From Eledone cirrhosa (taxonomy: Eukaryota), in assembly GCA_964016885.1 (NCBI GenBank), contig OZ024743.1:188666001-188730000 (forward strand): a stretch of 64,000 nucleotides of DNA. Direction: 5' to 3'. The position numbers were made by a program, and so were the translations under genes. Shown here piece after piece: positions 13,352 through 26,385 of the stretch; position 1 is the stretch's first letter, and each line of letters opens with the position of its first letter. The notes under the pieces are model-generated. The model made no database searches. It was not told the origin of the DNA and saw only the letters and a list, made by a program, of their open reading frames with translations.

Positions 13352-14594
13352 CCCCAGTTAAGTGAACTTGATAATTTAAAATTGTATTAGCCATAGTCAG
13401 AACATATAAAGTCGGCTATAAAATATGAATCTCTGATATCTCAGAGCAATAAATATGTAGGATTAAGAATTGAGAAAAAAACATATGCAATCTTTCTGCT
13501 TTCTTCTCATCCAAGTGCCACACCTTCACTTACTCACACCTAATATCACTGACCATGGCAACTATCATTAGCACATCATAAATCTCCAAACAAACATTTC
13601 CATAGAAAACAACTCTCCATCATCGTTTTCATTGTTGTCATTTTCATAGTCATTATGGGCATCATCATCATCATCATTACATATTAACAGGATGGCAACT
13701 ATCACCAATCTGCACAAATTCAATCATTATCATTGTCATCACTATTCCTATTTTCAATATCAACATTGCCGCTAATATACCCAACACTATTCTCACCCTC
13801 ACCCCTACAGCTGCAAGATTATTATCCTTTTGTTCTCCTCCTCTCTTCCCATTCCTCTCCTTTATAATCATAATCCTTACAGTTGTTGCCAGGACATCAC
13901 CAATGAGGTGTAAATAATGAAGAAAGACGTCTTAATCATAAACTTTTATAGCATTAAGTGTTTACAGTTCATCAAGTGTCTAGAGAGTTGGTAACTGAAA
14001 CAATATTGTTATTAATGATGTGATATTAAGTGGTGAGGTTGTTATCGTTGTTGTATAGCCCAAGGTTATCCCTGATAAAGCAATCATATGGCACACTCAT
14101 GCTTCTAGCTACTGGAAAGTCAAGGCACGTAACAGTGCCCCACCATTCCTGTTCTTCTGAGCTATACTGAGGACCATACACTATACTCTGATATGCAGTG
14201 ATGAATTGTATTGAATGCAACTGTCTACGCTTTCTCAAACCTTCTGTATGTTTTAAAAAGTTATAGACCCTGATGTTTGTTGCAGCAGAGTTAGGTAAGG
14301 TAATGTGGGCATTAGTCAAAATACATCTCACTATTTCTCTGCATTATTATTGGCCATAAACAACCCAGCACAGCGTTTATGACATGTGAGTCTATAGCTG
14401 ATGCAGCTATTACTTCTGAGTGTATTTCCTTTCTGATTTTCTTTCCGACTGGGCTGAATAGGTAAAATAGCGCTATGAGTATGTTGTTGAAGTAGTATTC
14501 TGGTGTGTTGTGTATGTGTTTGGTTATTTAGTGATGGCGATGATTTTGTTTTGCAAGGTTCTTTTACGAAATTGTGTGTTAAAACAGATATTGT

Positions 14595-14796
14595 TATATT
14601 TGGGGTGGCTCATGTTGTTATAATATTGCCAGAAAAAAATAGTAAAACACACTCACTATAATTAATTCAACTGGCTGAATTAATTATAGAAATATTAAAT
14701 ATAATGAAGTGAAAACCAACCCCAACCAAACAGTGAGGGTGTTTTACTATTTTTTTTTCTGGCAATATTATAGCAGCATGACCCTCCCCAAATATA
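14595..14796. mobile_element. Fold-back element made of two inverted PLE pLTR termini
   Basis: ~63-bp inverted arms (14595-14658 / 14732-14796) similar to the ends at 57686 and 59722. Confidence 0.75.
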
Positions 14797-14969
14797 TTTA
14801 GGGATCTTCATTCCATTAATGACAGTTGCTGTGGCACCTAAATATGTCTCTCACATGTCCAGGTTGTCCTCCATTTTTAATATATTTGTTTCAGTGTGAG
14901 GAGGGTGATGGATTGTCAAATGTAGTAGTGCATTGGATACAATTTCATTGTGATATTTCTGAATTTATA

Positions 14970-15118
14970 TATTAATTCAAATTCTGCTGAGGTCAGCTTT
15001 GCCTTTCATACTTCTAGAATCGATAAAATAAAGTATCTGTCAAGTACTGAATTTGATTTAATCAACATTGTCTTGCCCCGAATTTATTGGCCTTGTGCCT
15101 AAATTAAAAATCATTATA
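14970..15118 (+). mobile_element. SINE partial copy
   Basis: ttcaaattctgctgaggtcagctttgcctttcat..cgataaaataaagta..ggccttgtgcctaa. Confidence 0.7.
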
Positions 15119-18033
15119 TTTGTTTTATTGTTGAGAGAGTCTTTGGGTCTGGATTGTATACAACCTGCTGTAATGCATAGTTACTTGCTTTGTATTTGTA
15201 TTTTGTAATTTATTGCGGCTTGGTGTAAAAAGCTTGATCATATGGGGATGACTGACATGGATCATAATGAATCTGAAAGGAAGGGAATCCAGCCTTGTAA
15301 ATTATGCCAAAATGGAATATATGAGCAAGACACACTCATCTGACATACTTGTCTAGTATCAGAACATAGCAACCAATCTAACTCATACTAGTGAAAAGAC
15401 AGGATGAAACAGTGATGATGATGATGATCATCATCATCATCACTATTGTTGTTTTTTAACATTCAGACAAATGAGGCAACTACAATTTTTCTATGTATGA
15501 AGAAGCTGTATGTAACTCCTGCTATTTTTGTCTTCTGGTTGTGTTATATATTTGTGTCATTGAGTGTGAAGATTGGTTCTATTTGGTGTTTTTTGATGTT
15601 ACAGGTAAGATGGGGCAGTGGATTTGATAGGGGCTAAATTAAGTTTGTTGTTTTCATTTTTGTTTGAGGCTATCCCTATATTTGTTTGGGGTTAGAAAGG
15701 TGGTGTACATTTTCATCTTCGTTTTTATGCCAATGTTTCCATGTTTTTGAGGCAATGTTTTACAGCCAGAGGCCATTTTGACACCACCCATTTAGTGACA
15801 TCTTACAACATACAATTCTAAACTGGATACACATGGCCTGAGTAATAAGATAATGTATGTATTACACAATCTGGGGATTTTCAGGTTCTGAAAGTGTTGT
15901 TTCTGTAAACTATATAGGGTTGGCTGTCTGGTAGCTAGTTTGTTACAAAGCATATTGTATTCATTCTTAACGTTGTGGTGAATAGGTTTTGTATAAGCGG
16001 ATAGCAAGGAATGGAATCAAAAGCTTTGCTAATCTCAATGGTAGTTAAAATAGGTTCTCTGGGAGGATTTAGCCATCATGTATTATCTGTGATAGGTGTG
16101 TGAGTAGTGTGGCCATAGTATCTGGTAGTCTCCATCTATGTTGTGAGTATAGAATTAGTGAGTTAATGATTAGCCTTTCTAGAATTTATGAGAGTTTGCA
16201 TGGCAGGATGATGAGTCTGTATAGAAGAATGACAAATCTACTTAGAAAGATGATGCATTTGTATAGAAGGATGGTTGTTCTCTATGATGTTAGATCACTT
16301 GAGCTTTTGTTGGTCTTTCAGTCAATCAATCAAGTTCTTATAATTTATATAGCCAGTCACTGAAGTGCCACTTTAGATGTTTGTGTGTATACCATAGCAT
16401 TTAGATGAGCCTTCCAAATGCTTGGCTGTGTCCATCTTCTCTCCAAGAGTTGCTAGAATAGTTACAATTTTACCCACGTTCCAGATGAGGAATTCAGTAG
16501 TGTTAGCAGTGTTGAATAGTTGTAGATATTGATGAATGCAATGATTCCTTCTGACTTTAGATATTTTAAGTGTATGATCCTGGTGGTTTTGAGTTTTAGT
16601 TTTCCTCTTTTACTTTTTGAGTTTCTCATAGCAGGAAAAAGATCACAATAATAACTAATTAGAACATGTGTATTTCATTGTTTTATGCTTCAGTCTTCTT
16701 TCTTTCTGCTTTTTGTTGGCTGATCTTTGTTTCATGTTTCAGTGCAGGTATTTCATTTAAAGTTGTTTTTAAGACAGGGATACACTGAGGTACCATTATT
16801 GTTGATGGTAATGCTAATGCTGTTGGTTTTGTGATTTATATTAGATATAATTTATGATTAGCTTTCTGTTTAACTGAAATGTTTTTTTCTTGTTTAGTTG
16901 TTTGTTACTGAGGTTTATTTCAGTTATGTTTTGATGTATTGTGTTAGAGTCTATTTGGTTTTTTATGAGGTTAGTTATGTGTGATCTATAATTTGAGCTG
17001 TCTCTCTTATGTTACCTTGTGGTATATGATACATTATCTATAAGTCTATGATTATTTGTTGGATGCTTGCACAGCAATGTCTATGTTGATGGTTCTGGTA
17101 TTGTTGAAATCTGAAAACCGTGATTCTAATTTTTGATGAAACAAAGCCCAAATGAATCATTTGGGCTTTGTTTTATCAAATATCTACAACTATTCAACAA
17201 TTGTCCCATTGGGATTTTTCTTTAGTTTGTAAAAGTGATTTTGATTTCATCATTGGTGTGCAAGTGTCTTGTAATGATACTTTATATGTGGTTAGAGAAT
17301 AGTTTGTTAGGCAGTTGTGATGGCTAAGTGTGATGAACAGATACAAAATTTATAGAAAACATGTAGTTGGCTTGTTGGTATATGTGTGTGTTGCTGTAGA
17401 TTAGGGTGTAATGAGAGAGTTGTGTTGTAAGGATATTACATCACATTGTTGTCTGCACTATTTGAAAGTCAGCAGGTGTTGTGTGCTTTGAAGTCTCTCT
17501 TGATGATATGGTATTTGTGAAAATGTTAGAGTGGTAAAACTCTGGTGTGTAGTGAATTGGCTGCTGTTACTGTGGTGTGTAATCAGTGAGGATGGTGTTG
17601 GTATGTAGATATTTATTATATTATGTACTTTGTATTGCTTGTCTTTATTTTGATTTTATACATTTCTAGTGTAATGTCATTTCTGTATAGTTTACAAATG
17701 TCATTTATGGTATCTATATATTGAATGCGAGTTTTATGTTTTAATTGCATAATATGCCTACAAGGAAGCATCTGTTGCTCAACCTGAATGAAATTACTAC
17801 CAAATCTACCTCAAATCCTTTTTTCTAAATGGTTCAATATACAATATAATTTAATAGTGAATATTTCCCAGAAAAGAAGACAAAATAGTGATAAGAATGC
17901 TGGTTGAACACTAGACAATGACAGTCCAAACCCCCTGGAAAGATAATATTTTTAATCTATTAAAACATACAGAAACAAATTTAGTTTTGTATTTTGTTTT
18001 TAATGTAGTGAAATATTATAGTGTGACTCTCAC

Positions 18034-19279
18034 CATCATCATCATCATCATCATCGTTTAACGTCCATGTTCCACGCTTGCATGGATTTGGATGGGAGTT
18101 TTCCCACTTGAGGCAAGAGTGGTTGTCTTGCTCGCATAGGACTGTCTGGCGGGTTTTCTACAGCTGGATGCCCTTCCTAACACCAACCACATTTACAGTG
18201 TGGGACTGGGAGGTTTTTACCGTGTTGCCTACACGGCCACATTACAGCGTGGACTGTGTGTTTTTTTGTCGTGACACCTACACAATCTCATTTGTTTCGG
18301 CCTGGATGTTGTGGCACCAACATAACTTTACATTGAAAGGGGCGGTGTGGATGGGGTGGGGGTGGTGGGACGGGGGTGTGTTTTGTTAGAGATGCCTACT
18401 GACTGTAGTAGGTTTTACTTTGTATTTAGGTAAGGCGGGTCTTCTCTATTACTGAGTACCGCCAAAGATCTCGGTCCAGTGACATTGTCTTGGAGAGGTG
18501 TAAGTGTGTGAGGTCGGAATTTATCAGGTCGTCCCAGGTTTTTCTGGGTCTGCCTACTCCGTGGCTACCGTCTATCTTTATTGCCCTGCACTTTTTTATA
18601 CAGCTGTCGTCTTTCATGTGCACCACGTGACCATACCAACGTAGCCTTCTCTTGACTAAACAACATCTGATCCCTCTTATTTCTAATTTTTCCTTTAGTT
18701 CGTTTATGCTTTGCCGTTCGCGTATATTACTATTACACATCCAGCGGAGCATGCAAGCTTCATTCCTCTCTAGTCTGCGTATATCCTCTGCACACAATGC
18801 CCAGGTCTCACTGCCATGCAACATTGCTGTTCGTATGCAGGCATCATACAGCCTGCCTTTCATTTTTAGGGAGAACCCTTTAGCGGCTAATAGTGGTATA
18901 AGCTCTCTGAACTTTTTCCATCCAGTTCTGACTCTAGCTACTGTACTTTCCGAGCACCCTCCCCCACTGCTGATTTTGTCACCCAGGTAACGGAAGCTGT
19001 CCACTATTTCTATAGAACCCTCTGCGCAATTGAAAGAGCTAGTATTTGTGGGCACTTGCTGCTACTTATTGCACCAGAGCACCGGCCACATGTAAAATCT
19101 ATGTTCTTAGTTAGCTTACCTGTGATCCCACTACATCTTTTATGCACCCATACTTTGCATTTGGGACATAAAATGGAGTTTCTACCTACGCCTTTCCTAC
19201 ACACTGAGCATGGCTAGTTTCCGGAAGGGACCGGCGCCTTATTTTCTTTCCTACAAAGTAGAACTTTAGTCTTAGCCAG
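18034..19279 (-). mobile_element. 5'-truncated RTE LINE (PHD finger, RT C-terminus, 3'UTR, (TGA)n tail)
   Basis: ORFs 19010-19204 and 18426-19055 (FRYLG, LHGSETW, LRWYGHV, GRPRKTW); close paralogue of 41114-42378. Confidence 0.92.
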
Positions 19280-21109
19280 GTATGTAATATAATGATATAA
19301 ATCATATCACTGTCGTTATTGCACCCATGTAGGCTGATCAAACATACCTATTAACAAACGTATTCTGGACATTACAATACCCCTTTTATTTTTCAGACCT
19401 ATTATAGATTTGGCTACATCCTCTACTAATTTCTTCATTTCTTAAGATGGTAAGGAATGTTTTACATAACATTTGTTTGTTATTTCTCGCAGATTGAACA
19501 ACCACACACAGGGTCCTTGTTGTTTTTATTACCTCTGTTCAAATAAAACTGTCATCAAAAACATTCAAACCATCCATTCTATGTTTTAGTTACTCTTCTT
19601 TGCTTTTGCACATCACAAATTATCTCCTTCTTGATCATATTATGATATGTATTAATAATGAATTTTATATGTCAATTGATGAGGTTCAATAGCAGAGACT
19701 GAATCAAAGTGATGCACCAAAACACTTTCCAATAAATCATATGTTATGGTCACTTTTTAGTAGTTGGTAAGTGAAATCTTCAGCTACTGTTTCTTAGATA
19801 ATTGTAAAACTCACACAGCGGAAACCTATTGCTGGGAAATTTACAAACTGTACCAGAAAATGCAATATTTACATGCAGTAATGATCCATGCTGCCACATG
19901 TCACATAAATGACAACAGAAATTGAACAAACTGTGCTATGAAACATTACTTTGTCTAGCTTACTCTTCAGATCACTTCATAATCAACTAATCATATGAAT
20001 AATTTCTTGCAAAAAAACTTCAATTACCAAATAGCATTTCAAAATACATTTGAAGAATGTATTGGTTCCAGGACTCCAGAATATTTGTACTACCGATCTG
20101 ATCCAAGTTGGTAAAATTTTATAGATTCTGGTGAATATCATCTTGGCTGACACAATTTATTTCAGGTTGTGATATATTACTTTAAAGCTGATGGTTAATA
20201 ACTGCAATTAGATTTCCTCCAACCTGATAAATAGGGAGATGCATAACCTTTGAGATGTGGTCTCAACATCAATTATTGTTAGGAAAATTATAGTTTCTGC
20301 TTATATAAACTTATCGCTGTGAGTATATCACTAAGAACAGAACAGCTTAAAAAATATTGTAGCAGCTAAACGTCAGCATCTGACACATATATTCCATTGT
20401 CAGTAAATGAAATAAAATAAAATAAATCATCTAATATTGATTGTTCATCAGATATCTACTATATCATTTCAAAAGAAGTTGAAATTTCCCCCCTTCACAT
20501 TAGCTCAAACAATACTAGAAGAATAACTTTGAACTCGTAAAGTCTACTATCTTAACAAGGAAAGAATATTTTTCCATACATTATCTCAATGATAAAAATA
20601 ACCTACAATGATAAAAGAGGAAAGGAAAAAAATTAAAACAAAAATGTTTTTTTCAAACGAACTCAGCTCAACCTATTCAAAATAAATTAATTCACACTGC
20701 ATAGCTTTATTGGGTTAATTTAGCGACAATATCATTCTGAGTACGTATTTTCCACTCAAAATAGATAGGAAAAGAGAAAAACGAAAACAAATTTCAAAAC
20801 AAATTCCTTTCAATTGGTAAGTGAAAAGAAAAAAAAAAGAAAAAGAAAAAAACAATGTATTTTAAAAAGTATCCATTTTTTCTTCTGCATATTTTATTCC
20901 TCCTGAACAACAAATAAAAGAGATTCTGATAACAACATTTCAATATTCGTGAAAATACCAAAAGCATAAAGAAAAACACAGAAAAATAATTTAGATTATA
21001 ATTGGTGAAAATAATGTTTACTAGTACACATCTTATATAATATAACATTGTTTAAAGGTTTGTATCTTCCTACCTCTATTCCTTTAAAAATCTAAGTTCT
21101 CTTTATCTA

Positions 21110-21280
21110 TATGAATCTATCTATATACATATAACGAAGGAAATGTGATAATGAAACAAGTGGACCATAACGCACTAGAGTACACGATACTTGGGGTAGT
21201 ATAGTGGGTATTAGGAAAAAAGTCAGGACCCCGAAGGCAGAGCTCCAGCTGTTTCGACAGCTAGGTCTGACGTTCAGACA
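21110..21280 (-). mobile_element. pLTR-like fragment, same family as 28690-28880
   Basis: Shares tggaccataacgcac and gaccccga.ggcagagctc..gtttcgac.gct; - strand has GAAA-CAGCTG, a remnant palindromic stem III. Confidence 0.55.
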
Positions 21281-21525
21281 TATATATTCACACATATATA
21301 TATATACACATATATATATACTTATATATACATATATACACACATATATTTATATACATATATATACACACACACATATATATATATATACATATATATA
21401 CACACACATATATATATATACATACATATATACACACATAATATATATACATATATATACACACACACATATATATATATATATACACATATATATACAC
21501 ACATATATATATACATATATATATA
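21280..21525. repeat. (TA)/(CA) microsatellite
   Basis: Direct reading. Confidence 0.95.
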
Positions 21526-21695
21526 TATAAAGAATTAATATATCTACCGACATATGCATACAGATGCATACCTATGCTAGCAAATATATATGTTATGTCT
21601 TAGTAACTTTGTGGTTCTATGCAGGGGATGCAGAACAATTATATGAAAGACGTAAATAAGAAAGTTATGAAAATTGACTTACTTACTAAAATTTC

Positions 21696-21776
21696 ACTCC
21701 AACTAATTAGTTTCTGTAAGGGGATAAATATAGTTACGTAATATAACTATAGAGAAGCCTTACGTCATCAGGGAGT
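21696..21776 (-). ncRNA. Type I hammerhead ribozyme (array copy 1)
   Basis: ACUCC-CUGAUGA-c-GUAAGG[..hairpin..]CCUUAC-a-GAAA-CUAAUUAG-U-U/GGAGU. Confidence 0.85.
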
Positions 21777-22215
21777 CTATTCTCAGCTAAGCTTCCAGGC
21801 AATGCGGGGACACTGGGAACTTATATAAAAATAATTCAGTGGATGGAAAAAAGCGAGCAGGGCTAGATTCAAAGACATTGAAAAATTCACTGCCTACTTG
21901 TTCAAGTGGCAGATTCAAAAGAATCAATCACGTTACACTGAGGTTAATCAGCTAGGAGTGGGGGTGCTATTAAGACAGAGCCACTACTATCAGTCACAGT
22001 AGTAATTTCGGCAAATTTTTCTCAACAAATAATTTTGAGATAATTATAAAGAATTAATATATCTACCGACATATGCATACAGATGCATACCTATGCTAGC
22101 AAATATATATGTTTTGTCTTAGTAACTTTGTGGTTCTATGCAGGGGGATGCAGAACAATTATATGAAAGACGTAAATAAGAAAGTTATGAAAATTGACTT
22201 ACTTACTAAAATTTC

Positions 22216-22296
22216 ACTCCAACTAATTAGTTTCTGTAAGGGGATAAAAATAGTTGCGTAATATAACTACAGAGAAGCCTTACGTCATCAGGGAGT
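22216..22296 (-). ncRNA. Type I hammerhead ribozyme (array copy 2)
   Basis: Same intact core and stems as copy 1. Confidence 0.85.
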
Positions 22297-22740
22297 CTAT
22301 TCTCAGCTAAGCTTCCAGGCAATGCGGGGACACTGGGAACTTATATAAAAATAATTCAGTGGATGGAAAAAAGCGAGCGGGGCTAGATTCCAAGACATTG
22401 AAAAATTCACTGCCTACTTGTTCAAGTGGCAAATGCAAAGGAATCAATCACGTGACACTGAGGTTAATCAGCTAGGAGTGGGGGTGCTATTAAAACAGAG
22501 CTTAGCCACTACTATCAGTCACAGTAGTAATTTCGGCAAATTTTGCTCAATAAATAATTTGGAGATAATTATAAAGAATTAATATATCTACCGACATATG
22601 CATACAGATGCATACCTATGCTAGCAAATATATATGTTTTGTCTTAGTAACTTTGTGGTTCTATGCAGGGGGATGCAGAACAATTATATGAAAGACGTAA
22701 ATAAGAAAGTTATGAAAATTGACTTACTTACTAAAATTTC

Positions 22741-22821
22741 ACTCCAACTAATTAGTTTCTGTAAGGGGATAAATATAGTTACGTAATATAACTATAGAGA
22801 AGCCTTACGTCATCAGGGAGG
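22741..22821 (-). ncRNA. Type I hammerhead ribozyme (array copy 3)
   Basis: Same core; one terminal stem I mismatch. Confidence 0.83.
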
Positions 22822-23165
22822 CTATTCTCACCTAAGCTTCCAGGCAATGCGGGGACACTGGGAACTTATATAAAAATAAATTAATTCTTTATAATTATCT
22901 CCAAATTATTTGTTGAGCAAAATTGCCGAAATTACTACTGTGACTGATAGTAGTGGCTAGGCTCTGTCTTAATATCACCCCCACTCCTAGCTGATTAACC
23001 CCAGTGTCACGTGATTGATTCTTTTGTATTTGCCACTTGAACAAGTAGGCAGTGAATTTTTCAATGTCTTGGAATCTAGCCCCGCTCGCTTTTTTCCATC
23101 CACTGAATTATTTTTATATAAGTTCCCAGTGTCCCCGCATTGCCTGGAAGCTTAGCTGAAAATAG

Positions 23166-23246
23166 ACTCCCTGATGACGTAAGGCTTCTCTATAGTTATA
23201 TTACGTAACTATATTTATCCCCTTACAGAAACTAATTAGTTGGAGC
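23166..23246 (+). ncRNA. Type I hammerhead ribozyme (array copy 4)
   Basis: CTGATGA 23171-23177, GAAA 23228-23231, predicted cleavage after GUU at 23241. Confidence 0.85.
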
Positions 23247-23690
23247 GAAATTTTAGTAAGTAAGTCAATTTTCATAACTTTCTTATTTACGTCTTTCATA
23301 TAATTGTTCTGCATCCCCCTGCATAGAACCACAAAGTTACTAAGACAAAACATATATATTTGCTAGCATAGGTATGCATCTGTATGCATATGTCGGTAGA
23401 TATATTAATTCTTTATAATTATCTCCAAATTATTTGTTGAGAAAAATTTGCCGAAATTACTACTGTGACTGATAGTAGTAGCTAGGCTCTGTCTAAATTG
23501 CACCCCCACTCCTAGCTGATTAACCTCAGTGCCACGTGATTGATTCTTTTGAATTTGCCACTTGAACAAGTCGGCAGTGAATTTTTCAATGTCTTGGAAT
23601 CCAGCCCCGCTCGCTTTTTTCCATCCAGTGAATTATTTTTATATAAGTTCCCAGTGTCCCCGCATTGCCTGGAAGCTTAGCTGAGAATAG

Positions 23691-23771
23691 ACTCCCTGAT
23701 GACGTAAGGCTTCTCTATAGTTATATTACGTAACTATATTTATCCCCTTACAGAAACTAATTAGTTGGAGT
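23691..23771 (+). ncRNA. Type I hammerhead ribozyme (array copy 5)
   Basis: ACTCC/GGAGT stem I; predicted cleavage after 23766. Confidence 0.87.
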
Positions 23772-23818
23772 GAAATTTTAGTAAGTAAGTCAATTTTCAT
23801 AACTTTCCTATTTACGTC

Positions 23819-23869
<51 letters not shown>

Positions 23870-23875
<6 letters not shown>

Positions 23876-24475
23876 CATCATCATCATTTTACGTCCGCCT
23901 TTCCCTGCTTGCATGGGTTAGACGGTTCGTATTCAGCAAAGCATCTCTCCCCTTCTCAAGGTCCTTCGTCAATCCTCGGTGAGTTTCAGCGATCTGAGGT
24001 CTGCTTTCACCACCTCCGCCCATATTTATCATGGTCTACCTCTACTGGGATTTCTTGGCACTTCATTACCCAGCGGTCATCCTCCATATGCATTACATAT
24101 CATACCATCTCAGCCTTCTCGCCTACACATCACAACTTATCCCTCTTATACCCAGTTTCTTTCTTAACTCGTCTATGCTTAGTCGTTCATGCACATTGAT
24201 ATTGCACATCCAACGGAGTATACTTGCTTCATTTCTCTCCATGACTAATTACCATGCAGCATTGCGCATCTCACACAGGCATCATATAACCGTCCTTTCT
24301 TACGCAGGGAGAAACCCTTTTTTTCAGAGGAAGCAGCTCCCTAAACTTCTTCCAGCCCCGCCTTATTCTAGATACTATGGCATCGGAACACCCACCCCCC
24401 TCATGCTAATCTGATCACCTAGGTACCGGAAGCTATCAACCACTTCTATAGAACCCACCTGCATTGGAAAAATGT
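23870..24475 (-). mobile_element. RTE LINE 3' fragment with internal deletions and (TGA)n tail
   Basis: VGSIEVVDSFRYLGDQIS; nucleotide similarity to 1-500. Confidence 0.85.
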
Positions 24476-24571
24476 GTGTAACAGACACACACATATATAT
24501 ACATATATATATAGTAATAATAATAAATGTGAAGACTAAAATCCAAAGAGGGCTCGATAAGGATAAAATAC

Positions 24572-24608
<37 letters not shown>

Positions 24609-24753
24609 CATTTTGAGTATATGTTGGTTGTATACCAACACCTTAGTATGCAGATTGGAGCTCTCGACGAAGTGCGCTGGTTGGTTTGGTTACTCCGGAG
24701 TAATGTAAAATAAAATAAATAAGTCAAATGTTTAAAATTTGGCTTCGTTTATT

Positions 24754-24807
24754 ACTTTATATATATTTCGGTGACAGCCATCTTTTGCTGTGACCTCTTC
24801 AGGCAGT
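24754..24807 (-). ncRNA. Hammerhead motif in pLTR (stem I 3' strand damaged)
   Basis: ACUGC-CUGAAGA-GGUcACAGC..GCUGUcACC-GAAA-UAUAUA-U-A. Confidence 0.65.
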
Positions 24808-24964
24808 CCGAATTAGTGTGGTAGAGACGAGTACACATGTTGTTGAGGTGTTTAACTTTGTCAATACTCTGATATGCCCAGTTCCTGGTTGGGTTGTTAT
24901 TTCACTGAGGAACTGGAATCATATGAATTTAAACAAACGAATTTCATCGTCAAAGGATATCTTC

Positions 24965-26110
24965 TCCTCTCATTGGTCAGTTGTGAGAACATTCCTCAGT
25001 CAAAAGTCTATAGAAATTCGTTCTGTGGCGAGGAAATCTGTAGTGGTTGTTCTTGTTATTGTTAAGTACATCTGACCTCTACTCTTATGTTGGTAGTGGT
25101 GTTGGAGTCAGCTCAAAAAAATGATAAAGTGGTAGAAGGAATAAGATGGTAAAGGAACAAAATAAAATAATCAAATAAAATGTGTGTGTTATACCCAATC
25201 TCAATGTTAGAAAGATTTGTAAGGTCACTCCTCCCATTGGTCAGTTTTGAGAGCATTCCTCAGTCAAAAGTCTATAGAAATTCTTTCTGGGATGAGGCTA
25301 CCTGTAGTGTTTTGCTATTGTTAAGTACATCTGACCTCTACCCTTATTTTGGTAGTGGTGTTGGTGTTGTGATCAGCCTAGGTCTTGCTGCTGCTGATAT
25401 TTAGAAGTATCTGTGTGTGTTTCTTCATCCATCCTGCCACTATTTCTCATGGTGGTGGTGGTGGGGGGGGGGTTCTGCCATGCATATGAAGAAATAGAAG
25501 GCAATAAAATGAAGAAAACGGAAAATAAATAATAAATAGAAAATAAATGAAAAGTTAATGAAAAATAAAAATGAAGATTCAAATAAAATAAAATGTGTGT
25601 GTGCTATAACCAATCTCAAAGTCAGGAAAAATGTTGGATAAAGTGGTAGGAGGAACAAGATGGTAAAAGAATAAAACAAAATAAGATAATCAAATAAAAT
25701 GTGTGTGTGTTATAACCAATCTCAACGTTAGAAAGGTTTGCAAGGTCGCTCCTCCCCTTGGTCAGTTTTGAGAGCATTTCTCAGTCAAAAGTCTATAGAA
25801 ATTCTTTCTGGGGTGAGGCTACCTGTAGTGTTTGATTTTGCTATCGTTAAGTACATCTGATCTCTACCCTTATTTTGGTAGTGGTGTTGGTGCTGCGGTC
25901 AGCCTAGGTCTTGCTGCTGCTGACATTAAGAAGTATCTGTGTGTGTTTTTTCATCCATCCTGCCACAATTTCTCGTGGTGGTGGGGGTGGGGTGGGGGGT
26001 AGGTTGCCATGCATATGAAGAAATAGAAGGCAATAAAGTGAAGAAAACAGAAAACAAATGAAAAATAAAAAAAATGAAGATTCAAGTAAAATAAAATGTG
26101 TGTGTGTTAT
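24965..26110 (-). repeat. ~521-bp tandem duplication (2 copies plus a partial) in the PLE 3' region
   Basis: cctccc.ttggtcagttttgagagc at 25230 and 25751; partial copy at 24965-25110. Confidence 0.85.
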
Positions 26111-26188
26111 AAAGATGTTGGCCAAATTAGAAAAGCTGTGTCAGAATCAATTCTAGGCTATCATGGTGTCTGCTCAGCCTGGGTTGGT

Positions 26189-26385
26189 CCCTATGGCTTG
26201 AGGGGAGTTCCCAACCTATGGTGTTGTTACTGCCCCTATAGCTTGAGGGGGTCCGGCCGAGAGGTGTCTACATGTTCTGGAGAAGTCCCTATAGCTTGAG
26301 GGGAGTTCACATCTCAGTGTGTTGTTACTGTCCATATAGCTTGAGGAAGGTCCCGGCCCTAAGGTGTCTGCATGTCCTGAAGAAG
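26189..26385. repeat. 98-bp tandem duplication containing 4x CCCTATAGCTTGAGG-like motif
   Basis: Motif at 26189, 26234, 26287, 26332. Confidence 0.85.

Larger units (their letters stand above)
21526..23825. mobile_element. Retrozyme-like array: ~520-525-bp monomer, ~2.6 copies plus ~1.8 inverted copies, one HHR per monomer
   Basis: Monomer landmarks at 21696, 22216, 22741 (periods 520, 525); inversion junction ~22880; inverted copies with landmarks at 23166 and 23691; (TA)n on both flanks; no ORF. Confidence 0.88.

Noticed and set aside
24520-24570. TGAAGA..GATA motif repeated at 56697-56750 as a hammerhead
   Set aside because: The core and stems cannot be built in either copy; it is only a short dispersed repeat
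26189-26385. CRISPR-like array of four CCCTATAGCTTGAGG repeats with spacers
   Set aside because: Spacers 1/3 and 2/4 are homologous (a 98-bp duplication of the PLE ORF end); eukaryotic context and no cas genes
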